The notes beneath the pieces are model-generated. The model ran no database searches. It saw only the letters and a list, made by a program, of their open reading frames with translations, and had not been told where the DNA came from. From positions 5,925 to 69,924 of the forward strand of contig NMRA01000711.1 in assembly GCA_002633005.1 (NCBI GenBank): DNA of 64,000 nt, written 5' to 3'. This document shows, piece by piece, positions 12,600 to 24,020 of the stretch (the first letter of the stretch is position 1; every line of letters begins with the position of its first letter). A program made the translations under genes and the position numbers. Origin of the DNA: Phoronis australis. Taxonomy: Eukaryota; Animalia; Phoronida.

Positions 12600-15047
12600 A
12601 ACCGTGAAACTGGTATAAATGATAGCTCGCCACAAAAGGCATCTGTTTTCAAATACGACCTTCGTCAACGTGCCATTCAAACGTTTGACCCTTCAAGCAT
12701 TTTTAAAGCACTCCAGACTCTTTCGAAGTCAAATGTAAAGTTAGAAAAGGGACCTGATGAAGATTGTCTACCATATCGAAAGTTTTGTGTATGGTACATG
12801 CACGAGCGGAAACCAGATAATGCTGATGCTACAGAATTACCTTCAAACACTGAGGATAGAACGCATAAGCAGGAAATTTACACAAAAAACAGAAGCAGAG
12901 GACGTATCATTGTGTTCTACAGAAACAATGACGTCTACTTTTTGTGCGAAGGGTACTCATATCGCCTAATTCTTCCTTTAGTTGACAAAACGTTTGGCCC
13001 AGACTGTGCAAAACGTTTCCTTCTAGATCACAACATTACGTTATTGGACGTAGAGAATGTGTCAGGTCCTCAGTGGCGTACTTCAAGCAAATTTAAACCA
13101 GGTGACCATGTGGATTTTGCTTCACTGTTATATTGTCAATCGGTCATTTGCAGGGTGCATGGTGTTTTCGAATCAAAAAGTGCACTAGGGAGATTAGTTT
13201 GTGAAGAGGAAAATGAAAAGAAAAGTCAGATTCAATTTCATATCGAAGTTTATCACATCAAGATTTGTAAACAGTTAGGTTACGAAACGTGGGCAACAAT
13301 TTTTGAGTTGTTTTCAACAGAACAGGTTGCGAGACCTGATACAAAAATCGCTGCAGTGCTTGCAAACATTCAGCCAGTTTATGGCGAAATGACATCTGGA
13401 TTAAAAAATAAATTGAATGACGACGTTATTAAACTGCTTTCACAAAATAAACCTCTTGATCAATATTACTTGAGTAGCGACAGCTTCAAAACTTTACTTT
13501 TGTCAACGTCAGTTAAGTTATATGTGTCACTTACTGATATGACTAAGATCTTGAAGCAATGGAACTCCATGCCCTCCTTGTGGCAAGTAGTCGCTGTCCT
13601 TCATTACCACTACCCCGACAAAACTAAGCTAAAAGATTTGCTAAATAATAATGAAATTGGGCTTTACTTTCGGAGGCCTGGGGTTTCCACGCACTCTCGC
13701 ATTCTTCGTTTAATTCATGGCAGCGTGCAGATAGATGGAAATGAATATCACAAGATATCTCAAAAATGGTACTCTTTTGCGACGTCTCTCACTGAGACGG
13801 TTGAACTAAACTTTAACCGTTTGATAAAGAACTTCAGCAAGAAAAATAAGGAAGAGCTATTCATGGGGGTATTTGCGTATCCTTGGAGACAATTGCCAAA
13901 AGAAGGAGAAGCAAAGTTCACCTGCGACGAAATACAAACGCGTTTGAAACTTTCAAGCCCGGATGAAGCCGAACATATACTGAACTTCTTGACTGAACCT
14001 ATAGTTGGCCTTCAAGCTAATCAATTAACCGATTCTAGCTGTATGATTCCAAAGAGTTCTAATATGGAGCTGCTTTTCACAATTAATGAAGCGCCTCCCC
14101 AGGAAACACCACAGGAATTAGTACAGGTTCAAAATCATGAGGTGAACATTTGCACGCTAGTAGATGAGAAGTATACAGTGGAAAATCCTGTTCTCACCAA
14201 GGATATCTTTCGTGACATAACTAGTGAGTTCCCTCGTATTGAGGAGTGGCAGATCACAAATTTCCTCAAAAGTGTTATGGTGCTCGAGGAAGGAGAATAT
14301 AACGACCTGTATCTCTTTGGCAATAGAAGTCATGTTATTGTTGGTTGTGCAGTGAATGGCGTCAACCTTTTTGATATCTTATATCACGATGAAAAGAATA
14401 AGACCACTTATCTCTTCCATACCAAAAAGCAGCTGAACAAAGATGCCAGAATGAGCTGTGCTCAAGTCTTAGACGCTGCGCATGTTCTTTGGGAAGATAA
14501 CTTGAACAATAAAAACACCCGTGTCAAGGCTTTCTTTAAGCAGGTAACATCAAGCATTCCGAGAACGACGAGCGAATGGTTCAGACAAAGGAACCTGAAA
14601 CATCTTGGAGAAGAAAAATTTTTAGGTTATTTCGCTGCTGATATAACTCTGGTTTTTGTGCTAGTTTATGCGGTCGCGGGACACGAAGGTTCTAATACTT
14701 TCTCATTCGACTTCAGTCCTATTACTTTTGATGCACTAGAACAAGAGGCATTGGTGAACGCTGGGTTTGTGACGGAAGATGGCTGCCTTACTGATAAGAT
14801 GATCCCATTAACAACCGAAGACAAGTTTGTACAAAAATGCCAAGAATGCCAATTACTGACTGAAATTACAGATAAACGTCAAAAAGAGGTGTATGGTATT
14901 TTGGCCAAGACAGGAAACTTGTCTCATCTTAAAGAATCGATGATCGTAAAACTGGAGTTACTTACTTTGGACGACAATTTCAGTCATTTTCAGATTGCGG
15001 GTACACGAAAGTTTGAACTATCTCTTCTCCAAATGAACACACGATAG
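12600..15047 (+). CDS. Large terminal exon (815 aa): animal homolog of bacterial TIGR04141/DUF6119-like protein, putative nuclease
   Basis: Intact 2.4-kb ORF entered through a ctttttcag| phase-0 acceptor. Motifs recognised in family order: YFLCEGYSY..VDKTFG, LANIQPV..L.NKLND, IHGSVQIDGNEYHKISQKWYSF, EEGEYN, GVNLFDIL, LFHTKK...CAQVLDAA..L, VFVLVYA, SMIVKLEL. Coding status is strong; family assignment is moderate. Confidence 0.7.
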   Translation, partial: NRETGINDSSPQKASVFKYDLRQRAIQTFDPSSIFKALQTLSKSNVKLEKGPDEDCLPYRKFCVWYMHERKPDNADATELPSNTEDRTHKQEIYTKNRSRGRIIVFYRNNDVYFLCEGYSYRLILPLVDKTFGPDCAKRFLLDHNITLLDVENVSGPQWRTSSKFKPGDHVDFASLLYCQSVICRVHGVFESKSALGRLVCEEENEKKSQIQFHIEVYHIKICKQLGYETWATIFELFSTEQVARPDTKIAAVLANIQPVYGEMTSGLKNKLNDDVIKLLSQNKPLDQYYLSSDSFKTLLLSTSVKLYVSLTDMTKILKQWNSMPSLWQVVAVLHYHYPDKTKLKDLLNNNEIGLYFRRPGVSTHSRILRLIHGSVQIDGNEYHKISQKWYSFATSLTETVELNFNRLIKNFSKKNKEELFMGVFAYPWRQLPKEGEAKFTCDEIQTRLKLSSPDEAEHILNFLTEPIVGLQANQLTDSSCMIPKSSNMELLFTINEAPPQETPQELVQVQNHEVNICTLVDEKYTVENPVLTKDIFRDITSEFPRIEEWQITNFLKSVMVLEEGEYNDLYLFGNRSHVIVGCAVNGVNLFDILYHDEKNKTTYLFHTKKQLNKDARMSCAQVLDAAHVLWEDNLNNKNTRVKAFFKQVTSSIPRTTSEWFRQRNLKHLGEEKFLGYFAADITLVFVLVYAVAGHEGSNTFSFDFSPITFDALEQEALVNAGFVTEDGCLTDKMIPLTTEDKFVQKCQECQLLTEITDKRQKEVYGILAKTGNLSHLKESMIVKLELLTLDDNFSHFQIAGTRKFELSLLQMNTR

Positions 15048-18000
15048 ATGATATACAAAACGAGCTACAGTCGCCCCATGTGTCGGATTGTGCGCTAGCG
15101 TGCGTCTTTGCAAGGAACACAAGCACATACATGACTGCAAACATTCATGCATACGCACGTACATACCCGCGTCTACTTTTTTAAAGAACTTTTTGAAAAA
15201 TAACAGTGAAATAGGACAAACACAAACAGGGTTGAACGTTACGAAATGTTTGTATTGTAGTGATTTTCGCCCAAAGAAACTCATCACGTGATCTGAATTT
15301 GTGATTGTTAAGGAAACAGAATGTTTAATGATTATCATGCTACAAATTGAGTAGAGCAAGACTATTTATATAGATCTTGACATCAAGTTTACCGCTGAGT
15401 CAACATCACATAAACTGTTGAAGACGATTTCACCCAAAGTAGTAATCGAACAAGTATATAAAGTAATGCTTATATGCATGTTTTGACATTTAAACTCGAT
15501 TTTTATCGATTGTGTGGTGTTTACATGATGTACCATCAGTTGAAATAGCTAAGGTATAGGTTTCTACTTCCCGTTTATGACGTTTCACAGAGCGATTAAG
15601 ACAAAACCGCGAAGAACACATATTGTATATGTATTTAGCGTTCTTGAAATGAACAATTTAGTATGCATATGCTATATTCTAGGTTTGTAGAAGTAAATTG
15701 ATTGCGCACATGAATGATTGGGTCCAGGAAAATGTAACTTTATAAGTATATTCCTTGTTGTGAAAAACGAACTTTATAGATGTGCTGTGAAGCTTTGTAG
15801 ATCAGTAGTTCTAGTTTTGTAATAAAGCCTTAACTCACTGTGATGAGCGCTTTTTGTTGATTCTTGGAAACGTCTTGCAATGACGCACACCACACAAAAT
15901 GAGCGAGAGAACTGGATAATATGCACCACCGTATGCAGCACCGCAGACGGAAAGCATTTTAATTTTTGACAGATGGTACGTATTAGCCACATCAGAATTG
16001 CCCATGTTGTGTTATTAACACTTGCACATAGTGCATTTTGCATTTTGGCAGGCAATGTGTGTTTGTTTGCCACGTCTGGATTGCCCTTGTGGTGTTGTTT
16101 GCGCTAGTTGATTTATTGGTGTTAGGGTGGCCTTTTTGTATGAGACTTTGTATAAAACACACTTTTAACTTTTGCTTGGTATTGTTGTCGCATTGTGTAT
16201 ACATTGTAAGAGATACGTTTTACATCATAAGCGTCATGTTTTGAGAGTTCCTAAGACTGTCCGTAACATCAATAGAATTTTGAGCTAAGCTTTTCAAGTG
16301 CATATATCACTTAGGTATTCTTAACATTAGGTTGTGATTTGTTTATTAATGTATAGCAGTCCTAGCTAATATACTGGGTATCTTGTAATTTAGAACTTGT
16401 ACACATTTCTGTATGTCCTTGAAATTCATTTATTGAAATAAAGCAGGTTGCATTTTACTTCCTTGTTGTTTTTGATGTTGGTCCATTTGTTTATGCCTTT
16501 GTTTTTTTCAATTTTTCAAAAATATTGCTTCCGGTTATTAAAGGGTTACTGTATTGCAGTACTGAATTTTACATGCTTTGTTTCATGACAGTTTTATCTT
16601 AAAAACCGAGAAATAAAGTTTGGTGTGAGGACTCTCTTACCATTTTTATGAGAAATTTGACAAAAAAAAACATTACACTTCTGTTCTAGGTTAGTTTTAA
16701 GTATCTTTATCAATATCGTTTTTGTGATAATGTAAGAAACTTTCTGATGACTTTCATTAAATCTCAAAAATGCCACAAAGTGAATGGCTATGGGATTTGT
16801 TCAGTCCTGATTCATAAAAGTAGTCCCCTGACTGTGACACAATAGCAGACCTGAAAGTGGCTTAATTGCGTTTACATTACTAACTCACAAAAAGGAGGTT
16901 TATGAAAAGGCAGCCTGGGCTTACTGGTGGCTTTTTCATGCTTCATTGCATTCAATCCGCTAGGGAAGGTTTCGTCACATACGAATTGAGCTGTTTGCCT
17001 CAAGTGTCACGACTTCAGTCGAAAGATTACTTGAAAATACAAGTTGCATGAGCCTACTGTTCGTTCTTTCTATTGTTCTGGTGTTCACGTGCTTGTAAGC
17101 TCAGCTGGTAACTCTCCCTCTTCACGGGCCCTAGGACAACTATTACGTGGGCTTAATAATGAGCGCGGTATGGTCAGTAGCGGATTAACCAAAAAAGCCT
17201 GAATACCAAAGGTAGATTTAGTCAAGACATAGCTTTAGGACGGTGTAAAAACTCATGTCACATAAACAGTTTCATGCCGAAAGTCACGCATTTCTAAAGA
17301 TATGCGTGAATTTTCAACACTCGTCCTTCGGAGCGGCTTTTACCGGGATCAAAGAGAACGCGACGCCAGAGTCGCACTCAGTTGCGACGACCGCATTGTC
17401 CAGTACAAGCAAGACCCAATTAGATGTAATTACCCGACTATAAACTGTAGTAGGTGTAAACAACTCTGCCTGTACACACTGGAGAATTTTCAAAATGTAT
17501 AAATCAACAGTTTTCGTTAGAAACAAATACCACAGCTGTATTCAGATGTTAAAAACAACCAAGTTTGGTTTTCAATTTTTAAAATAGATGAAATATTAAG
17601 CTAAATACTACGAACACGGGGTTCGATTGAAGATAAACGACTGTGCGTATTGATATACTCGGTGATTATAAACGCTGATCAGAGCTAACAATATCACGAG
17701 GATCATTCTTTTAATATACAACTAAGCTCCAGTGAAACATCTATAAACAACACACTTTGACTAAATCAGATGTCGATAATTTTTAAAACATCGCTTATGG
17801 CCCAGTGCACGCCGAGCTACTTTACTCCTGGAGTAGTACATTAACCGAAAAACTGCTATTCGCGGAAATGCACCAATTTCGACAGTTAGCTTGTAGTTGT
17901 AATGGAACACCTGCGAAGACAACTAAGATATCTAGCTTTGTAGTCAACGAGAGAGTGCAAGCAGTGGATGAGGTTGGTCGGTGGGCAAGAGCTGTGATTT

Positions 18001-18632
18001 CATTTTTATGACTGAGGAAAAACTAGAATAATTACGTAGTTTCTGCAACCAAAATTGTCCAGAGGTTCCAAATCTTCAGTTTGCCTGTCACGCACTTTTG
18101 AATGTATTTAATGATTTGAGTAGTAATAAAGACTGAACTTGAACTAATGACACGTGGAGTTTTGTTTGTTGTGACATGTTTGGTGTAACTGTAATCTGGA
18201 AAACTCAGGGATGGGTTCACAATTAACTGACTTCTAAGTTATTTTGTTGCTTCGTTTAAACACAAAATAAAAAGATAGCAACCCTAACCGGTAAGAAAAA
18301 AGCAGGTATGAAATATATTTAAAACTAACGTTCATTTGGGAAGTGGCCCTTTGTCAAGATCAACGCAAATTAACTTTTCAGTTTTTTTGTGATATTTAAA
18401 ATGTACCAAGTTAAAACTGCTCTACATATTGCAAATGCCAGAGAAAAACAATATGGGTGTAATTACGTGTATGTGTAATGGGTGTATTGTTAAGAAAGTA
18501 GTGCTAGCTATTACCTTTTCACTTCATTAGCTCAGATCTACATCAATACAAAGGGCGTGCTGAATAGGGATCATAAAAGTTGTCTGAGGCTTAGTAGGGA
18601 ATCAGAGCGGTGACCAGTGTAATCGAGAAATT

Positions 18633-19885
18633 CTCCGCATGTACAGGTGACTAAGACAATGTTGGCCGTTATCCCAATAATCTTTAACTTTCGGATAGAA
18701 GAGTATATCAGTAGCTGTTGGAGATCAGGCTACAAGCTTGTCTAGCTTGTTGCATGTTCTGCCTGTGTCTATGGTGCGCGCTTCAATATTAGCCAGATAT
18801 GCAGCCAGCGCCAACAGTTGCGTCCCAAAGTACGATGACCTTTCTCATGAACAGTAAAACAGCTAAATTTTGCACAGAAAGTGTACTCAGCCTTTTCAAA
18901 AAGGCCATGGTGCTCGGAAATTAGGTCATCCATCTTTTCAGAGAGATGGCACAATGAAGCGCAGCCCTTTTAAAAGGAAAAAGATTAAAAATAGCGTTTC
19001 GTTAGATTTCCTTTCTCATGACTTTAAAACGCAAAAAAGGGATTTTAAACACTGCAAATATTGATTTATTGAATTAAATTTGAATACAAACATGGGACAG
19101 CCTTTTTTGGTGATTCAAAAACTAAACATGATATGCATTTGACAAGGAATTCAGAAATGCTATTGGTTTATGTTCAAATTTGTTATAACTTAACTTTCAT
19201 TTTTAGCAGTACCTGCCCAATCAGGCTAGCTACGATCTGATCGGAGATTAGATCAATTATCGAACAAAAGAGAGCCGGCTCTCCAAACATAAATGCCAGG
19301 ATGGAGTTAATGAGTCGTGTAAGATATTGGCTACAGGGGTGAACTTCTCAACTTGTTGTTGGGCTCTAGAATCGAACAAGTTGGGAGCAACAGGAAAACG
19401 CCGTAATGCANCTCCACATGTACAGTTGACTAAGACAATATTGGCCGTTATCCCAATAATCTTTAACTTTCGGATAGAAGAGTATATCAGTAGCTGTTGG
19501 AGATCAGGCTACAAGCTTGTCTAGCTTGTTGCATGTTCTGCCTGTGTCTATGGTGCGCGCTTCAATATTCGCCAGATATGCAGCCAGCGCCAACAGTTGC
19601 GTCCCAAAGTACGATGACCTTTCTCATGAACAGTAAAACAGCTAAATTTTGCACAGGGAGTGTACTCAGCCTCTTCAAAAAGGCCATGGTGCTCGGAAAT
19701 TAGGTCATCCATCTTTTCAGAGAGATGGCACAATGAAGCGCAGCCCTTTTAAAAAGGAACACTATTAAAAAGAGCGTTTCGTTAGTTTTCCTTTCTCATG
19801 ACTTTAAAACGCAAAAAAGGGATTTTAAACACTGCAAATATTGATTTATTGAATTAAATTTGAATGCAAGCATGGGACAGCCTTT
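18633..19885 (+). repeat. Direct duplication across a single-N contig join (about 18633-19105 and 19412-19885), likely allelic overlap
   Basis: Near-identical copies separated by n at 19411; about 19106-19410 is also repeated at about 21911-22215. Confidence 0.8.
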
Positions 19886-20387
19886 TCATTAGCATTTTAG
19901 ATATCTGAATAATGAAATTTTCTCTGACAGCTCTATTGTACAGACGTACTCTTGCTGAGTTCCAACCCATAAAAATGAACTCAGGCATTTTTCGGGCGAG
20001 AATCTAGCCTGTGATGAAACATTCGGTCATCTTGCTATAATGCTCATCGAGTCCGATGTCCTGTACAAATTCATGAACTTTAGTTAAAAGGATCAGGCAA
20101 ATTTTTGTAAATGTGCAGAGGTTTTTGAGCGAATAACGTATACTGGTTAATGGAGTTGGGGACTTCCTCATTTACAGTAACTTTCAAGTGTAGTGTCACG
20201 TGACACATAAAGACTGAGTGTGCAGTGGACCTTGTACTTGTAACGGGGGTCTCAAATTCGGCCTATGTAAAAATCAATCCGGCATTCCATAGGTGTGAAG
20301 GGCGAGTACCCTTTCGCCTATTTAGACGAACCGCTAAAATCCTTGGAGTGACTTCACAGTCCCGAGTTTCGTGTCTACTAACAGCAG

Positions 20388-20540
20388 GCGTGCGTTCAGT
20401 AGACGCTAGGACCTACGCTAGGACCTAGCTAAAACCTAGTCAAAGTCACGTGTTCTCATTTAAAATGCACGGCAATATCTCACGTAATATCGCGAAGTCT
20501 CGCTTTTTAGCGAGGTTCTAGCGTTACTGAACGGGAGGCA
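20388..20540. mobile_element. Small MITE-like inverted repeat
   Basis: cgttcagtagacgctaggacctacgcta ... tagcgaggttctagcgttactgaacg, imperfect ~30-bp TIRs. Confidence 0.45.
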
Positions 20541-23117
20541 GGTATAACGAGCGCTCAGCGGAGACGGAACTACGAGCTCAGTTGGCTGCCTAAAATGAAA
20601 GTCGTAATTTGATTATCAGTCAGATGCAAACAAACTCATGATGAACGTTTCGCTTTGCATCTCAATCATCATCAAGACATAAAAAATACGTCATGTCATG
20701 AACTGTTAAAATAATGAACGAATACAATAACAGGTAATATACAAATGAAGAGATGAGCACAGCTGCAGTGTACACTTCTACCTGCACGGGTTAAAGAGAG
20801 GGCAGTAAGAGCCACTTTGTTGTCAGGGGATGCAATAACTAATGTTCATGGGACACTTCAGGTAACTGTACACTTAATTCTTCTCGCCGGCTTTTACAGT
20901 TACCCACCAACTAGACTGTCCTATGTGTTGGCGATCCCCATATTTGGTATTTTGCGAACGATAGTTATTGTCGTGGAGCTGGAGATAGCTTTTGAGTGAA
21001 AATATATTGAAAACTAGAATGTCCAACACGTTCAGGATTAGCAACTAATAATTTCTGTACATTTTTAAGTTCTTTGATACTTCACTCTTGCAATTAAGTT
21101 ACATTCGACCCATTACTAGAACAATTTGCTTGGTCACGTGTTAAAATCATTTTCTTACGATCAAGGTCATAGCCTTTTTGACCAGGTGACCTATAATTTG
21201 AATATTTAGGACAAACACTGAGAGGGGTGTACTTATTTCACCCAATCTATTCTTCATATTTACTGTTCCGTGCCTATTAATTGTTTATCAAAAAGTAAAT
21301 CTGTTCATCAGTTCCATCATAAGGTTATCGGTTGCATGCCCACGGCATCCACGAGCGATGTGTTGCCTACTGGCCGACATAATAGGATTTACGTTCGCAA
21401 AGTAAAGAAATCCAATGCGTGAATGAAACTTTCGCCTCACCGCCTCGAGAGGTAAATTACTCACTTGTCATTTTGCCGAAGACGTGGGCTATCCGCTTAG
21501 TGAGGTCGCCTGCATTCAAGGCTCGTAAATTTCCGTGTACGCTAACTATTACGTAATTACTGTCGTCAGCCAATGACAATAACTGCATCAAGACAACAAC
21601 GAAACTCCCTGTAGCTCATTGTAACCGTGTGCACTACATTTATGGTGATTATTAGGAATTTACTTCACAGATCATACGAGCATTTCGTGTGTGCAAGCAA
21701 CGGCCACTCAAATTAGGCCATGACGGCGTTCTGTCGTTCAGCAACTTTTCCAGACGCGAGAGGTTCTGAACGTGCGATAACATCTGGTTCCTTTGTTAAC
21801 TGCCCAGCACTGCATATAACTGTCCCGTATGACAATTATCTCCCAGGCTTCAAAGGCCTAGTGAAACCTTGCAGAATGGATTGTCTTAACTTCTGTTGAA
21901 GTTGGGCGATTTTGGCGATTCAAAAACTAAACATGATATGCATTTGACAAGGAATTCAGAAATGCTATTGGTTTATGTTCAAATTTGTTATAACTTAACT
22001 TTCATTTTTAGCAGTACCTGCCCAATCAGGCTAGCTACGATCTGATCGGAGATTAGATCAATTATCGAACAAAAGAGAGCCGGCTCTCCAAACATAAATG
22101 CCAGGATGGAGTTAATGAGTCGTGTAAGATATTGGCTACAGGGGTGAACTTCTCAACTTGTTGTTGGGCTATAGAATCGAACAAGTTGGGAGCAACAGGA
22201 AAACGCCGTAATGCAATTCAACTTTAGTTATCCATTTAAGGTGGCGCTTTGTTCTTGCGAGAAGAAAGAAACCCATCCAACCAGTGACACTTTCGCCTTT
22301 CTAGACAAAATCCTCTGAGTAACCGCTTATAATTGGCTTAGACCTGATTTGTTACGCAGCAAAGTAACAAAGTAAAATTTTAATTGAACCACGGAAGCAA
22401 AACACCAGTCGTTGACTGAACTCTTCAGTAAGTATCTTAATTCCTGAATAGGCTAAACCAATGCATCGTTGTAAAGAACTGGCGGACGAGAAAGAGAGTC
22501 CATCAAACCACAGCGTCGTTTACTGGCAAAGCTGGCGTGCCAGAGCTCCACGACCGAACAACTACCTTTGGCTAGTAGCTGCTGCCTTCTGGAAAACACT
22601 CAACCCGTAGATCACTCAGGTTGAATAACACAACAATACAACTACAGCTCTGTCTATTGGTGAAAGCTTAACTAAAGACTACACGATAGATCTATAAGTA
22701 ACTTGCGCTTGCATTTGAGCCGCATAGATCTCCGTCTGTGGTGGCCGCGAAACTTCGTATTCGTCGATTGACGGGATGAATTGGNNNNNNNNNNNNNNNN
22801 NNNNNNNNNNNNNNNNNNNNNNNNNNNNNNNNNNNNNNNNNNNNNNNNNNNNNNNNNNNNNNNNNNNNNNNNNNNNNNNNNNNNNNNNNNNNNNNNNNNN
22901 NNNNNNNNNNNNNNNNNNNNNNNNNNNNNNNNNNNNNNNNNNNNNNNNNNNNNNNNNNNNNNNNNNNNNNNNNNNNNNNNNNNNNNNNNNNNNNNNNNNN
23001 NNNNNNNNNNNNNNNNNNNNNNNNNNNNNNNNNNNNNNNNNNNNNNNNNNNNNNNNNNNNNNNNNNNNNNNNNNNNNNNNNNNNNNNNNNNNNNNNNNNN
23101 NNNNNNNNNNNNNNNNA

Positions 23118-23708
23118 TGTTATATTATGGGCTGAAATCAGCAAGATAATCAGATGCGCTAAAGTAGTTGAAGCATAAAGACTTGCTACAGTGTACAGAA
23201 GCAGTTGTACGACAGAGCCATCTCGTGGAAGATTCTAGAAAGGATCTTGGCAAGGGCAAGGGTTAACGAACCGGAAGTTAACTAAGAGCTTGTCACTTGC
23301 ATAGTGGGTAGTAAGATACTACCTGAAGTGTTGCGTCATCAGCCAGAGACTGTGACCAGCAAGAAGATTCGCGGGTAGAAGAAATTGCCTGCAAGTGTTG
23401 CATCACCAGAGACGGTGACCAGCAAGTACACTGTCGCTATACAGTGTGTGTGTAGTTCGAAGATTCACCAACAGGACAGACATCCAACAAGTGGAGAGTC
23501 CTAGCTTGGATAGCAGATAAGACATTTGATCGTTTGGTTGTAATCTTTAAAGAGGGCGCTAGCGTAGTTTCTCTTTGTAGTTGATTACTTAATTAACAAT
23601 AGGTTTCATGTGTCTAATTAGGGGTTATCATATAATAAATTAATTACTGGATTTGATTATTCACTCTCCATCTACGCACAACTTCAAAGCATAGCTACCT
23701 TTTAAACA
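23118..23708 (+). mobile_element. Possible retrotransposon LTR (solo or 3' LTR beside a gap)
   Basis: Begins TGTTA and ends AAACA, ~590 bp, with AATAAA near 23634 and internal direct repeats (ccagagac.gtgaccagcaag x2). The TSD cannot be checked because of the N-gap. Confidence 0.35.
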
Positions 23709-24020
23709 AACCCACACAGACTATCGTCTGACACTTGTCTCAAAACCAATTCAAGAAAGAGATCTGAAGTTTGATTTAGGTGTGACCTAAGTTTTGTCTT
23801 AATTTTGAAAAACTTGCCGAATGTGTAAGTTTGGAATTTAAGAAAAATCTTAAACTTCAGTCAAAAATGAACTTAAGTCAATTTCTTGCAACAGGCCCCA
23901 GAATCTTTTTATTGAACTAAAGGGTTACGTCACAAAATGTTAATCCTGACGTCACATTGAATGGCATTGCTTCTACGTGCATAGCAATTTTCGCTTCGAA
24001 CGCAGAAACAAATTTTATCA

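Noticed and set aside
12600-15047. Bacterial contamination as the source of the bacterial-like ORF
   Set aside because: It is contiguous without gaps with eukaryotic TEs and introns, has a splice acceptor and an AT-rich 3' region with AATAAA (about 15821 and 16437), and has no operon neighbours.
16538-16800. Further Kolobok element starting TTAA-AGGGTTACTG downstream of the nuclease-like gene
   Set aside because: No matching right TIR was found, and it does not match the TIR family at 9454, so it does not support capture of the large exon by a transposon.
18769-19733. Duplicated 61-aa ORFs (MCHLSEKMDD...)
   Set aside because: No recognisable motif or consistent splice structure; the duplication is explained by the contig overlap.
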